Shown here one piece after another: positions 14,170-25,256 of a DNA stretch of 64,000 nt. The position numbers and the translations under genes are program-made. The notes beneath the pieces are model-generated. The model made no database searches. It saw only the letters and a program-made list of their open reading frames with translations, and was not told where the DNA came from. This stretch comes from Squalus acanthias. Lineage: Eukaryota. Where the stretch lies: contig CM059425.1 of NCBI GenBank assembly GCA_030390025.1, forward strand, positions 175,834,001 to 175,898,000, given 5' to 3'. Positions within the stretch are counted from its first letter, which is position 1, and each line of letters begins with the position of its first letter.

Positions 14170-16060
14170 ATGGCAGCGCAACGAACCAAGGCTGCTCCTC
14201 AGTTTGATGATGACTCCCTCCATGCTCTTATGGAGGGAGTAAGTGGATGAAAGGAGGTCCTCTTCCCTTCAGATGGAGGAGGAAGCCTCCTCAGCACACA
14301 ACGGCAACCTGGCTGGAAATTGCTGAGGAGGTCAGTGCAAGGTCGGTCTGTACACACACCTGGGTGCAGTGTAGGAAGAGGTTCAATGATCTGGTGTGCT
14401 CAGCAAAAGTGAGTATAACATCACACTTACCTTCAATCAGCTTCCCATCTCTTCTCATCCCCATCACTCTGCATTGGCAACCTACTCCTGCACATCCCAA
14501 CTCACCCTAACATCCCTTGAACCCTCACCCATCTCGCTATCTCTATGTACAGAATCACTTCACCATCTAACTATGCACCCCTCACACTCGCTCTCACTGT
14601 TATGCAATGACAACTAACAACGCACAGGGAGGGACCTTGGTATTGGCACCTCACTCCATCATAGTCTCCCTCTAAACATCTATGTTATCCATTCTTTACA
14701 CTCACTCCATCAATCCCTCTGAAACTCCACTTGTGTCCCTCATTGCAGGAAAAGAGAGCCCACAATAAGAGGGAGAGGGAGGAGGACAGGGGAGACCCAC
14801 CATCCGTGGCGCATCTAACGCATGCTGAGGAGGCAGCTCTGGAGATCGTGGGAGGTGCAGAGGAGCTGGAAGTGGGAGACAGAGAGATGGCACAGTACAG
14901 CAAGCTGGTGATAGAATTGATTTCCAACCCTCTGATTTTGCATTCATGTGTGACTCATATGGGATCTGATGTTCATAGAAATTGAGTGCTGATCATTTGC
15001 ACAATGGGATGTGTCTGCAACCTACATATCACATGTCTAACTCATGACTTTACTCCCCCACAGGACCATCGAGAGCCCCCCTCCCCACGGTCCAGGAGGA
15101 AGAGCAGAAGGACTCCTCAGAGGAACCTCCAGCCTCTGAGGGAGCAACGTCAGCAGAAATGAGCACACTCCACACCAGCGCAGAGATGCACACCTCGGTG
15201 GGTCGTATGCGACATATAGTCACCTGGTGTATCACAGCTCACGAGTGAGCAGGAGCAGATGGTGGAGACAGGGACAGCAGTGGAGAATCCTCATTGGAGG
15301 CCGCAGGGCACTCATAGCTCTGCTCAGCTGCATGTAGACGCTGTGCCTCTGGGGCCATCCAGACAGAGAGTGGTGCTGGAGTTTCAGGAACAAGAGCAGG
15401 AGGCTCTGACTGGATTTGCAACCACGGTGACTGCAAGTGTGCAGAGAATGGAGGAGTCCATCTCAAACATGAACAATGCCGTGGTGCACGCAATGGCAAA
15501 TGTAGGTGCTGCCATGGAAAGGATGGCAACCTCCATGGAGGACATAAATCACCAGACTCAAACAACATGGTGACTCTTCTAGATAGATGGTCTGCTATGG
15601 AGGATAGATGGGCATCTATTGAGGAGAGACACCAGAGGTACATGGACTACCCCGTTATGAGGACTGTCAGTACAGAGACGAGTCCACATGGCCCCACTGA
15701 TGTGCAGCAAGGTGCTCTGCAGCCACTTGCTAGCAGTGAAGTGCGGGCGACCCATGAGAGGGATGGTGGTGGTCGAGAACAAGGAAGTGTGGGCTCCTCT
15801 CCATTCCCATGCCACTGCGGAGCCCTTGGTCAGTGCTCCAGATGCCTCACCCAACAAAGATGGCAGACTCTGCCCCTGCACAGCCGCAGGAGGAGCAGAC
15901 TTTTGCGGGGCCCTCTAAGGCTCCCAAATCCAGAGGACGACTGCCAAAGGCGTCTAAGCAGGCGCAGCAGGGAAGTGAGCAGGCTGCCTCTACATCTGCT
16001 GAAGACTCAGGGGAAGCATCATGTAGAAGCACGCATAAGAGAAAGCTAACACACAAATAG
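14170..16060 (+). pseudogene. Harbinger Myb/SANT-like DNA-binding protein gene: exons 14170-14408, 14749-14907, 15064-16060
   Basis: Exon 1 MAAQRTKAAPQFDDDSLHALMEGV...WLEIAEEVSARS..TWVQCRKRFNDL..AK|gtgagt; exon 2 ttgcag|EKRAHNKRERE; basic C-terminus KRKLTHK. One in-frame stop and several frameshifts. Confidence 0.8.
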
Positions 16061-16345
16061 TCACAAGGGTAGTCTGTTGGGTGTTTTCATATAAACTAAA
16101 GTTACGTTTGTGCTCTTTATTTTTATTCTATTAAATTAATGCGGTGTGAATGTTTCAATGTGTTGCCCTACGTGTGCTCAGAATTGGAAGTGGCACAGTG
16201 AGAGCTGAGGGCGCCTTCATCTGCAGTAATGGTGGGGAGAGTGATAGGAATGCACAGTTCATTGTACAGATGCTGTATGGTGTGGAAGGGAGGTCCTGCC
16301 AACCTTCATGTGCATGTGCCAGCCACATGTCTGTGCTGCGTAAAG

Positions 16346-17589
16346 TTACGCGAATCTGGCATGGATTAGTCCATCCTGTGCCTCAGGGCCAGCAATGTGC
16401 TCGCGTGCCGATCGCACTTGGACAGCGGCCTCCGCCAGGTCTTCCTCATCTGCAGCCTCATTCGGCTCTTCCTCCTCCTCCTCCTCCTCTGAGGAGGAGG
16501 CTGTGTGCTCTGCCACTTGTTCCTCAGGCAGCGCTAAGCCACGCTGCAGTGCGATGTTGTGCAGGGCACAGGAAACCACGATGATTCTGGAGACCCTGGC
16601 TGGTGCGTACTGTAGAGCTCCACCAGATCTGTCCAGGCATCTGAAGCGCATTTTGAGCAACCCTATGGTTTGCTCTATGATGCTTCTGGTGGAAATGTGG
16701 CTCACATTGTAGCGCTCATCAGCTTCATTTGATGGCCTCCTCATTGGTGTCATTAGCCACGTCTTCAGGAGATAGCCCTTGTCTCCAAGGAGCCATCCGG
16801 AAAGTTGAATTGGCGGATTGAAGAGCTGAGGCACAGTAGACTGCCGCAGGATGTACGAGTCATGGCAACTGCCAGGGAACTTCGCGCACACATGCATGAT
16901 GTTCTTTCTGTGGTTACACACCAGCTGGACGTTAGGGGAGTGGAAGCCCTTGTGGTTCACAAATACTGCTGGGTTGTGATGGGGTGCCCTGATGGCCACA
17001 TGTGTGCAGTCGATGATGCCCTGCACCCTTGGGAAGCCTGCCAGATTAGCAAACCCAACCGCCCACGCGGTAACACTTGCTTCACCCGTTGAGAAGTGGA
17101 TGTAATTGGCCAACTTGGCAAACAGGGCATCGGTAACCTGTGTGATGTGGCCGGCCGACTGGGAGATGCCGCTGATGTCTGCTGCCGATCCCTGGATGGA
17201 CCCTGACACAAAGAAGTTGAGTGCGGTGGTGACTTTGACAGCCACTGGTAAGGAGTGGCCACTCGCTCTTCTGGGCTCCAGGTCTTGTTCAGCATTGTGC
17301 AGATGTCAACGACTACCTCTCACGAAAGTCTCAGCCTCCTTTGGCACTGCTGCTCAGTCATGTTGAGGAGGAAGCTCATCCTCGGCCTGTAAACCCTGTG
17401 TTGGGGGTATCTCCTGCGGTGCGGTGCAGCCCTTCGTTGACGCCCTCTGCCCTGTGCAGCATCAGGTTGTTGAGGAGAAGGTTGGCGCTCTTGTTGTTGG
17501 TGCTGCTGGTGTGCCTGGTTCTACTGCTGCCGCGGCTGCTTTTCCTCCGAATCTGAGGACCAGGATGAGAGGGTATAAATGGTTCCCAT
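16346..17589 (-). pseudogene. Harbinger (HARBI1-like) DDE transposase; catalytic part open 17245-16346, N-terminus disrupted
   Basis: [37 protein letters not shown] and an acidic tail. The start MGTIY at 17589 matches copy B. Confidence 0.9.
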
Positions 17590-17631
17590 TCTGCTGGTAT
17601 ATATCTCAGTTGTGGATGAGATGTTATAAGC

Positions 17632-18751
17632 TGTAGGGTTCTCAAAATTCGCACATTCCCCAGAGTTATTAATAAGGGGTACCCTGGACAAAGTGGTTTC
17701 TAGACCTCGTGACAGAAGCCTGCGACATTGAACAGAAACCAGGGCCCTGCAAAAACAGCAGGCCAGGTGACATGCAGACCTCAGTACAGGCTGCCAAAGG
17801 AGGCGGGGCTGGCCTCTACAGACAATGTTGTATATTACAGGTCATCGACCTATCTCCAGCCCCATCAAACTGTTTAGCATTTATACAAAGAAGTAAAGGC
17901 AACACAAATGAACAACCATCAGACCAGCAATCATCCTTCACTTAACAAATATTTAATATCGTTAAAGGCCATCTCCTGCCATTAAAGTTAATTACCTTAA
18001 CGAGCCCACCAGAATTAAACAAAGCACTGGGAAGATTTGGCGGGCAAATAAGGAACAATCGAACTGTATAACTTTAAAGTTTTACAAACAGGGGGCTACA
18101 GAGACCTATGCTGGAACAAGCTGGAGTTCTACAGAGAGGATTTCCACAGAGACGACCAGTTTTGCAGCCTAGCAGTTTAAAACAAGCTGTCCAAGCCAGA
18201 CAGACAGGCCACAAGCAGGACAGCTGAAGCACAGGAGTTCTCCAGTACACAGTTCAACAGAAACAAGACCGTTCAACGAAGAAGGCCAGCAGCTCCGGAA
18301 ACAGACCGACACGCAAGAAACCAGAGCAACGGTTCCAGTGACCATCAAACACCTCGAGGCACAAGGGCCTTATGAAACTTTTTACTTAAAAGGACTTTAA
18401 ACCATATCTCAACTGTCAAAGGATTCGTTTGGTGAGCATTATCCCTGGTCCTCAAGAGTCTAACTTAGCTAGTAAAGTGGGGTTGGGAGGGGTGGGGTAT
18501 TGTTCTACTGTCATTTCCCTCGTTTATACCGAAGTTAAGATTGACATGTTGTGTTTCATCTCTGTTAAATAAACATTGGTTTTCCTCGCACCAATCCACG
18601 GGTCTGTTCGTTTGTCCTTATCGCCGCTCGATAAGTCCTGGGCTCAGAACTAATAAGGGGATAGCGATTCGTAACCGCACAGCGGGTAGGACAGTCCAGG
18701 AAAACATAACTGGCTGACCTACAAATAAGCCCGAGACAAAAACCCCTTACA
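17632..18751 (+). mobile_element. Solo LTR (1120 bp) of an LTR retrotransposon or ERV
   Basis: Termini TGTAGGGTT...AACCCCTTACA. 4-bp TSD AAGC at 17628-31 and 18752-55. AATAAA near 18568. Removing it restores Harbinger sequence collinear with ~46400. Confidence 0.8.
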
Positions 18752-20837
18752 AAGCGCTCAGTCAATGTGGAGAGAGGTTATTCCAAGGCGGTCTCAGTGC
18801 ATATAGATCTCAAAACACACACTTACAACCTCAATACACTTGAAATATGTCTTCCAAATCCTGAAATCAGAAAGTTCTGGCATTTGAAATTGAACTGATG
18901 TGGCAGGTTAGCTTTTATGCTGCAGTTGCAGCTGTGAACTATTCAGCTTGTTGGAAGACCCGACACAATCAGCTGGCGTGTTTGCCGAATGACGTGGAAC
19001 ACAGTGAAAATGTGGCAAAATTGAAATACCCTGTCAAAATAGCAGTTAACAAGCTGTTAACTACCTTAAGTGCCTCTCCCGCCGCTTGGTGTCGGGTCTG
19101 ATCTGAAGTCGCAGACCCGACACTTTGGAAAGTCACGTGGAGGCGGGTTCGTGGCGTGTTTGCAGCCCACCATCAATCATTTTGGATTTAACTCCTGACC
19201 CGCCTCCAAACCTGCCCTCTGAGCGCCGGCAAAATCACGGCCAAAATTCTATAGGTTTGTGGTGACTAAAGCACCAATAACTTCCCAATTAATGTACCTT
19301 TTTAATTATGTTCTGATCGTATTTGTAGATGTCGTCATATTACTTAATGATAATATTATTTAAATATTTCTTTGTCACTCATGTATAACTTTTATTATGT
19401 TATTGTAGAGTAAAGATTCAACACCCACTTTGTTAGATTAAGTGTCAAATGTAATGTGGCCATGGTCCCTTTAAGGATCTCGGCTGAAAACCCATCATGA
19501 ATGATGTCACCAGACCTGCTCCATCTCATTGGCCAGGTAACATGGGTTTAATAGGCCTCATTAAGGTAACTTCATTTTGAGCAGCGGGATGGAGCCAATA
19601 GTGGGATCGGGACCTGCCACGGACTCTGCCCGCACAGACCCGCCCAGGTAGGCAAAATTCCGGCCAATATCTTTGATCACTACTGCCACCTTGCCTATCT
19701 TTCCTGAATACATTGTAGCCAGTTATATTAAATGCACATTCCTCCCCTTGCTTGTGCCAGGTCTTGGTTATTACAGCTCACCAACTTTATTTACCACACT
19801 ACGGCATTTACGCACATACATTCTAAACCCATCTTAGTCTGCGTCGCATTTCCCCCCTTAATTTAATTTTTTTAGCACATTGGCCCCCTCTGCACCAAAT
19901 TCCCACTCTCACCACATTCCTGTGAACACTCTGTTTAGCATGCCACTCCATTTAGCAGATTTACCCAGTTCTGTGTGCACTGGCTCTGTGCTGTAGCAGA
20001 TATCCCTCTAATATATACCTTTTTAGAAACACACTAGTTATAATTGGTCAGTCAACTGCCAGCCACAATAATTAACACCTGGTCAAGGACCCAGTTCTCT
20101 GTGCACAGCTCTTTTTCCTCTTTTTCTGAATCCAATTTATTGATGTAAATTAGAAACAATAGTTGTGCCTGGGACACCCCGCTCAGTGCTTTCCCACACT
20201 CCAGCGTGACTCCTCTCACCTATACTTCCATAGTTATTAATGTCTGTTAATGCTTCTAACTCTCCAATTTTCTCCTGAACATTTGTATACATTCATATAC
20301 ATACTATTCAATCCTGACTCCAAGGGCTCGATTTTAATAGCCCTGAGGAGGCGGGTTTGGAGGTGGGTCGGCAGCAAAAATCAGAAAAAAATGGCTTCAG
20401 ACACCCATCCCGCCTCCATCCCGCCCCCACCCGATTTTCGTGAGTGTCTGTTCAGCCGCTCCCAAACTGACCCGACTGGAACCGATGGGACAGGTAGTTA
20501 AGGCAGTTAACAGCCTGTTACCTGCCTTGCTAATCCTATTTTGATAATGGTTTCCCATTTTCATGCCTCTGGCTCCTGTTTCCTGCAAGGAGACGAGTTG
20601 CTGGAGGACATGATTTGTAGTCATTGTTGCAGCACTTTAAAAACACTCCTGTAACATGGCTGGCATTCAAATGCACCAGCACCTTGTTGGAGGTTTGGGA
20701 TAAGATTTAGCAAATCTACTGACCTTGACTGTTCAAGCTGACAGCCATCTGCAGTGTGACCTGATAGGAATAATTTCAGGCCACTTCTAGTGTGCGCTTG
20801 CAAGCTTCTTGCCTCAAGTGAAATCTATAGCTACGGG

Positions 20838-22128
20838 ATGGGAACCATTTATATCCTCTCATCCTGGTCGTCAGATTCGAAGGAAGAGCAGCCGCGGCAG
20901 CACCACAACCAGCCACAACAGCCGCACCAGCACCAGGAGCGCCAACCTCCTCCTCACCCACCTGATGATGCACAGGGCGGAGGGTCTCAGCGCAGGGCTG
21001 CACCTCGCCACAGGAGATACCCTCAAAACAAGGTTTACAGGCAGAGGATCAGCTTCCTCAGCATGACTGAACAGCAGTGCCAAAGGAGACTGAGACTTTC
21101 GAGAGACGTAGTCGCTGACATCTGCGCAATGCTGCACCAACACCTGGAGCCCAGAGGAGCGTGTGGACACTCCTTACCAGTGGCTGTCAAAGTCACCACC
21201 GCACTCAACTTCTTTGCTTCGGGCTCCTTCCAGGGATCAGCTGCAGACATCAGCGGCATCTCCCAGTCAGCTGCACACACCTGTATCACACAGGTCACCG
21301 ATGCCCTCTTTGCAAAGGCCCACAATTATATCCACTTCTCCATGGATGGCACAAGTGTGACGGCGCATGAGGTTGGCTTTGCCACTATGGCAGGCTTCCC
21401 AATGGTCCAGGGCATCATTGACTGCACACATGTAGCCATTAGGGCCCCCTATCACAACCCAGCTGGTCAACTGCAAGGGATTCCACTCCCTGAACGTCCA
21501 GCTGGTGTGTAACCACAGGAAGATCATCATGCATGTTTGCGCAAAGTACCCTGGCAGTTGCCATGACTACTTCATCCTGCGCCAGTCTACTGTGCCTCAG
21601 CTCTTCCATCCGCCAAACCAACTTTCCGGATGGCTTCTTGGCAACAAGGGCTAACCCCTGAAAAGGTGGCTTATGACACCGATGAGGAGGCCATCAAACG
21701 ATGCTGAGGAGCGGTAAAATTTGAGCCACATATCCACCAGAAGCATCATTGAGCAAACCATCAGCTTGCTCAAAATGCGCTTCCGATGCCTAGACAGATC
21801 TGGAGGAGCCTTGCAGTATGTACCAGCCAGGGTGCCCAGAATCGTCGCGGTCTGCTGTGCCCTGCACAACATCGCACCGCAGCGCGGCTTAGTGCTGCCA
21901 CATGAACAAGTGGCTCAGCACACAGCCTCCTCGGAGGACGAGGAAGAGGAGGAGGAAGAGGATGAGGAGGAGAACAGGGAAGAGGACAAGGAGGAGGAGG
22001 AGGAAGAGGATGAGGAGGAGGACGGGGAGCGAAGCTTTGCAGGGCTGGATGTGGCCAATCCAGCAGCTGACGAACACATTGCTGGCCGTCAGGCAAGGGA
22101 TGCACTCGTCCATGCCAGATTCACGTAA
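20838..22128 (+). pseudogene. Harbinger transposase with stops and a frameshift
   Basis: [46 protein letters not shown] and a long poly-E/D tail. Confidence 0.9.
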
Positions 22129-22344
22129 GCTTACGCTTCAACCACAGGTAGCTGACACATGGAGATGAATAGAAGTCTGACATTCTCAAAACCCCAGGCA
22201 TCATCTATCTACTAAAGCGCTCAGTTTCACCACCAACATTCTACATGGCATTCGTCCTGAGCCCTCACTCTTGAACTTCCATTTCCCAGAACACAGAGGC
22301 CACACTTTAGGTGATCTCAGCAGATCATTAAACCTTTGTAGACA

Positions 22345-22545
22345 CTAAACCCATGTGCATCTGCACACAGATCTCGAACTCACCTCCTCAGCTATTTGCA
22401 GCCAAGCTGCCTTGGTTTGCTGAGGAGGCCTCCTCCTTCCGTTTCCAGGGAAGAGGACCTCCTGATGTCCTCTAACTCCCTCAACAAGAGCATGGAGGGA
22501 GCCCTCATTGAACCTGGCTGCAGCCTTAGTTTTTGGGGCTGCCAT
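22345..22545 (-). pseudogene. Truncated Myb/SANT exon 1 of Harbinger B
   Basis: MAAPKTKAAARFNEGSLHALVEGV...WLQIAEEVSSRS..TWV. Confidence 0.8.
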
Positions 22546-23800
22546 TCCTGCAGCAGCCAGCACCTTTAAGAGAAAAAAGCATTAATTTTACTAAGCCAAT
22601 GATTGGAACACATCTGGCATATTTTTCATTTCTTAGTCACATACTACATTGATAGATAAAAAAATCATAAATGTCTTTCTGGAATAATATGACCAGCAAT
22701 TTAATTCAATACATCGTGTTCCGACCAGCCGCTGTCAACTTCCCTTTTTAGATAATACAGCACCAAGCCATCCCATCTACATTTTTTGCAAAGGGGACAT
22801 GGCCCCTTTAAATTTTTACTCCAAAAACGTGTCATCAGACGTGAGAAACTGACATGCTCCAAGCAATTGCCTGGAGGACCCGCCCATCGGCCGTAACGAG
22901 GCCAATGAAGCAAAAATCAGAACTGCGGGCTGGCGGCATCTGGGAGCGGGTCCGAAAGCTGCCGAGCAGCGGGCCCGCCCTCAACCCGCCTCCTCTATAG
23001 AAATCGAGCCCCAAGTTTTGAAACATTGACACTCATTCTTTTTTCTGGCTTGCTCATTTCATTTTTTGATATTTCATGACCTGTTTCTTTCCTTTTCTCC
23101 TCTAATAATATTTTTTCACGTAGCTCTTCTGCTTCTTATCCAACAGTTTTATTAATCTGATACTTGTGGCCTGCTGCCTTGTTGAGTCTCTTAATCTGAC
23201 AGTGATACGGATGGAAAGTCCCATAAATGCTGGCCATAAGTTTTTCAGAAAGGCATAGTAATACTGCTGTATAGATTAGCTTAATCATTTTCTTCTAAAT
23301 TTTATAATTCTTTAATGTCTTTAGGTTATAAACCTTTACTTCCAGTACTAAATCCTCAGCTGAACGGAGAAACCAAAACTATTTGGAATAATTTGATTTG
23401 TTTCCATTTCTCTTTTAGTGGTGGATTTCTCTGACATGTCTTGCTTGATTCGTTATTTTGTAATGCCTTTAGTCATTTCTCATTAGTAGATTTTGTACTC
23501 AGGTTCCTCTCATTTGATTCATATCTTCCGTACCTCCTCAGGTGTGATTTGTTGTTGCTTTATGAGTACAAAACTTGAGCCAATTAGTTGAAAATATTTG
23601 CATATACAGGTGTAATAACTGAAGTATGATACCTGAAGTATGACATGGGAAATGTGAAGTTCTGGATAAACCGTGTTAGATGACTGAGCTTTAAGTCAAT
23701 AGACAGATTTAACAGAAACCTTTACTCGATAGCAGTTTACCTAAATTGGTCTGAGTGTTCTTGTTATTTATGATGCTTATTTGACAGCTTGAATTAAGAG

Positions 23801-24425
23801 TTAATAGGAACATAAGAACAAGAGTAGGCCATTCAACACCTCGAGCTTGTTCCGCCATTCAATTAAATCATCGCTGATCTGTATCCTAACTCCATCCACC
23901 TGCCTTGGCTCCATATCCCTTAATACATTGGCTAGCAAAAATCTATCGATCTCAGATTTAAAATTATTAATTGAGCTAGCAGCTACTGCCGTTTGTGGGA
24001 GAGAGTTCCACACTTCTACCACCCTTTGCGTGAAAAAGTGTTTCCTAACTTCTCTCCTGAATGGCGTGGCTCTGATTTTAAGGTTATTTCTCCGTGTCCT
24101 AAACTCCATCACCAGCGGAAAAGTTTCTCTCTATCTACCCTATCAATTCCTTTCAAAATCCTAAAAACCTCAATCAAATCACCCCTTAACCTTCCAGGGA
24201 ATACAAGCCTAGTTTATGTAATGTCTCCTCATAATTTAACCCTTGGAGCCCTTTCAACATTCTGGTGAATCTGCGCTGCACTCCTTCCAAGGCCAATATC
24301 CTTTCTAAGGTGCGGTACCCAGAACTGTGCACAATATTCCAGATGTGGTCTACCCAGGGCTTTGTATGGCTGTAGCTAAACTTTCTCCCCTTTATATTCT
24401 AGCCCTCTTGTTACAAAGGCTAATT
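23801..24425 (-). mobile_element. CR1 3' fragment
   Basis: HFFTQRVVEVWNSLP motif and a CR1 3' UTR and tail. Confidence 0.85.
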
Positions 24426-25256
24426 CAATATATTTAGTGATTTCATACTGTTCCCATTTCACTAACTGATATTGAACATTTCAATTTACTTCTGAAGCTA
24501 CTATAGAAAGTAAAGATAAATTGGATAAATTCATTCACTTAAAACATTAATATTAAATATTTGAGTCAAGGACACATTTTCCCCAGTCTACTCCCGTATA
24601 TCCCATTTACTGATGCTCCAGGAGCTTTGTGAAAGTCCTGCATAAATCAATTAACTAATCAGACTGGAACAATTTACTTAATTAATTGAGTGCTCTAAAT
24701 ATTCTATTTCAAATCAGTCTCAGTTTGGTGCCTCACTCATCAATCTCTTTCATTCTTAATCTTTCCTTCCTCCCATCCACTACCTATAGTAATAGCGACA
24801 GACACCTCATTCATTATCTCCTGCACATCTTCAAGATAAAATTAAACAAATTGGCAATATGTAAATATTAGCCAAACACTAGTTGGGGTACAAGTGGGTA
24901 CAAAGCACTTTGCTTTCTTTGCAAATCATTCTATGTTAGGTAATATGGTTAATAATGTAGATTAGGGATTTCCTTTGATGTAAAAATAATGTATATCATA
25001 TAAGTAATAAAGGATTTTAGATAGTCCCTGTAAATAACCATAGCCAAATGAATATGTAAGAACATAAGAACATAAGAAATAGGAGCAGGAGTAGGCCAAT
25101 CGGCCCCTCGAGCCTGCTCCGCCATTCAATAAGATCATGGCTGATCTGATCCTAACCTCAAATCTAAAGAACACAAGAAGTAGGAGCAGGACCCGGCCAC
25201 TCAGCCCCTGGGCCCGCTCCGCCACCCACAGGGCCTTGACCGATCCGAACTCAGCC

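Larger units (their letters stand above)
13916..19242. mobile_element. PIF/Harbinger transposon A (Myb gene on +, transposase on -), containing a solo LTR
   Basis: Imperfect TIRs GGGCTGGATTTT and AAAATCACGGCC, AAA on both flanks, and two convergent Harbinger genes inside. Confidence 0.8.
20324..23011. mobile_element. PIF/Harbinger transposon B (transposase on +, Myb gene mostly deleted)
   Basis: TIRs GGGCTCGATTTTAATAG and CTATAGAAATCGAGCCC (15/17 match). TSD CAA. Confidence 0.92.

Noticed and set aside
14170..16060. Host NAIF1/MSANTD gene
   Set aside because: It has stops and frameshifts, is multi-copy and is paired with a transposase inside TIRs.
16346..17245. Domesticated host gene HARBI1
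   Set aside because: It lies within TIR/TSD-bounded elements, occurs in several decayed copies and has a disrupted N-terminus.
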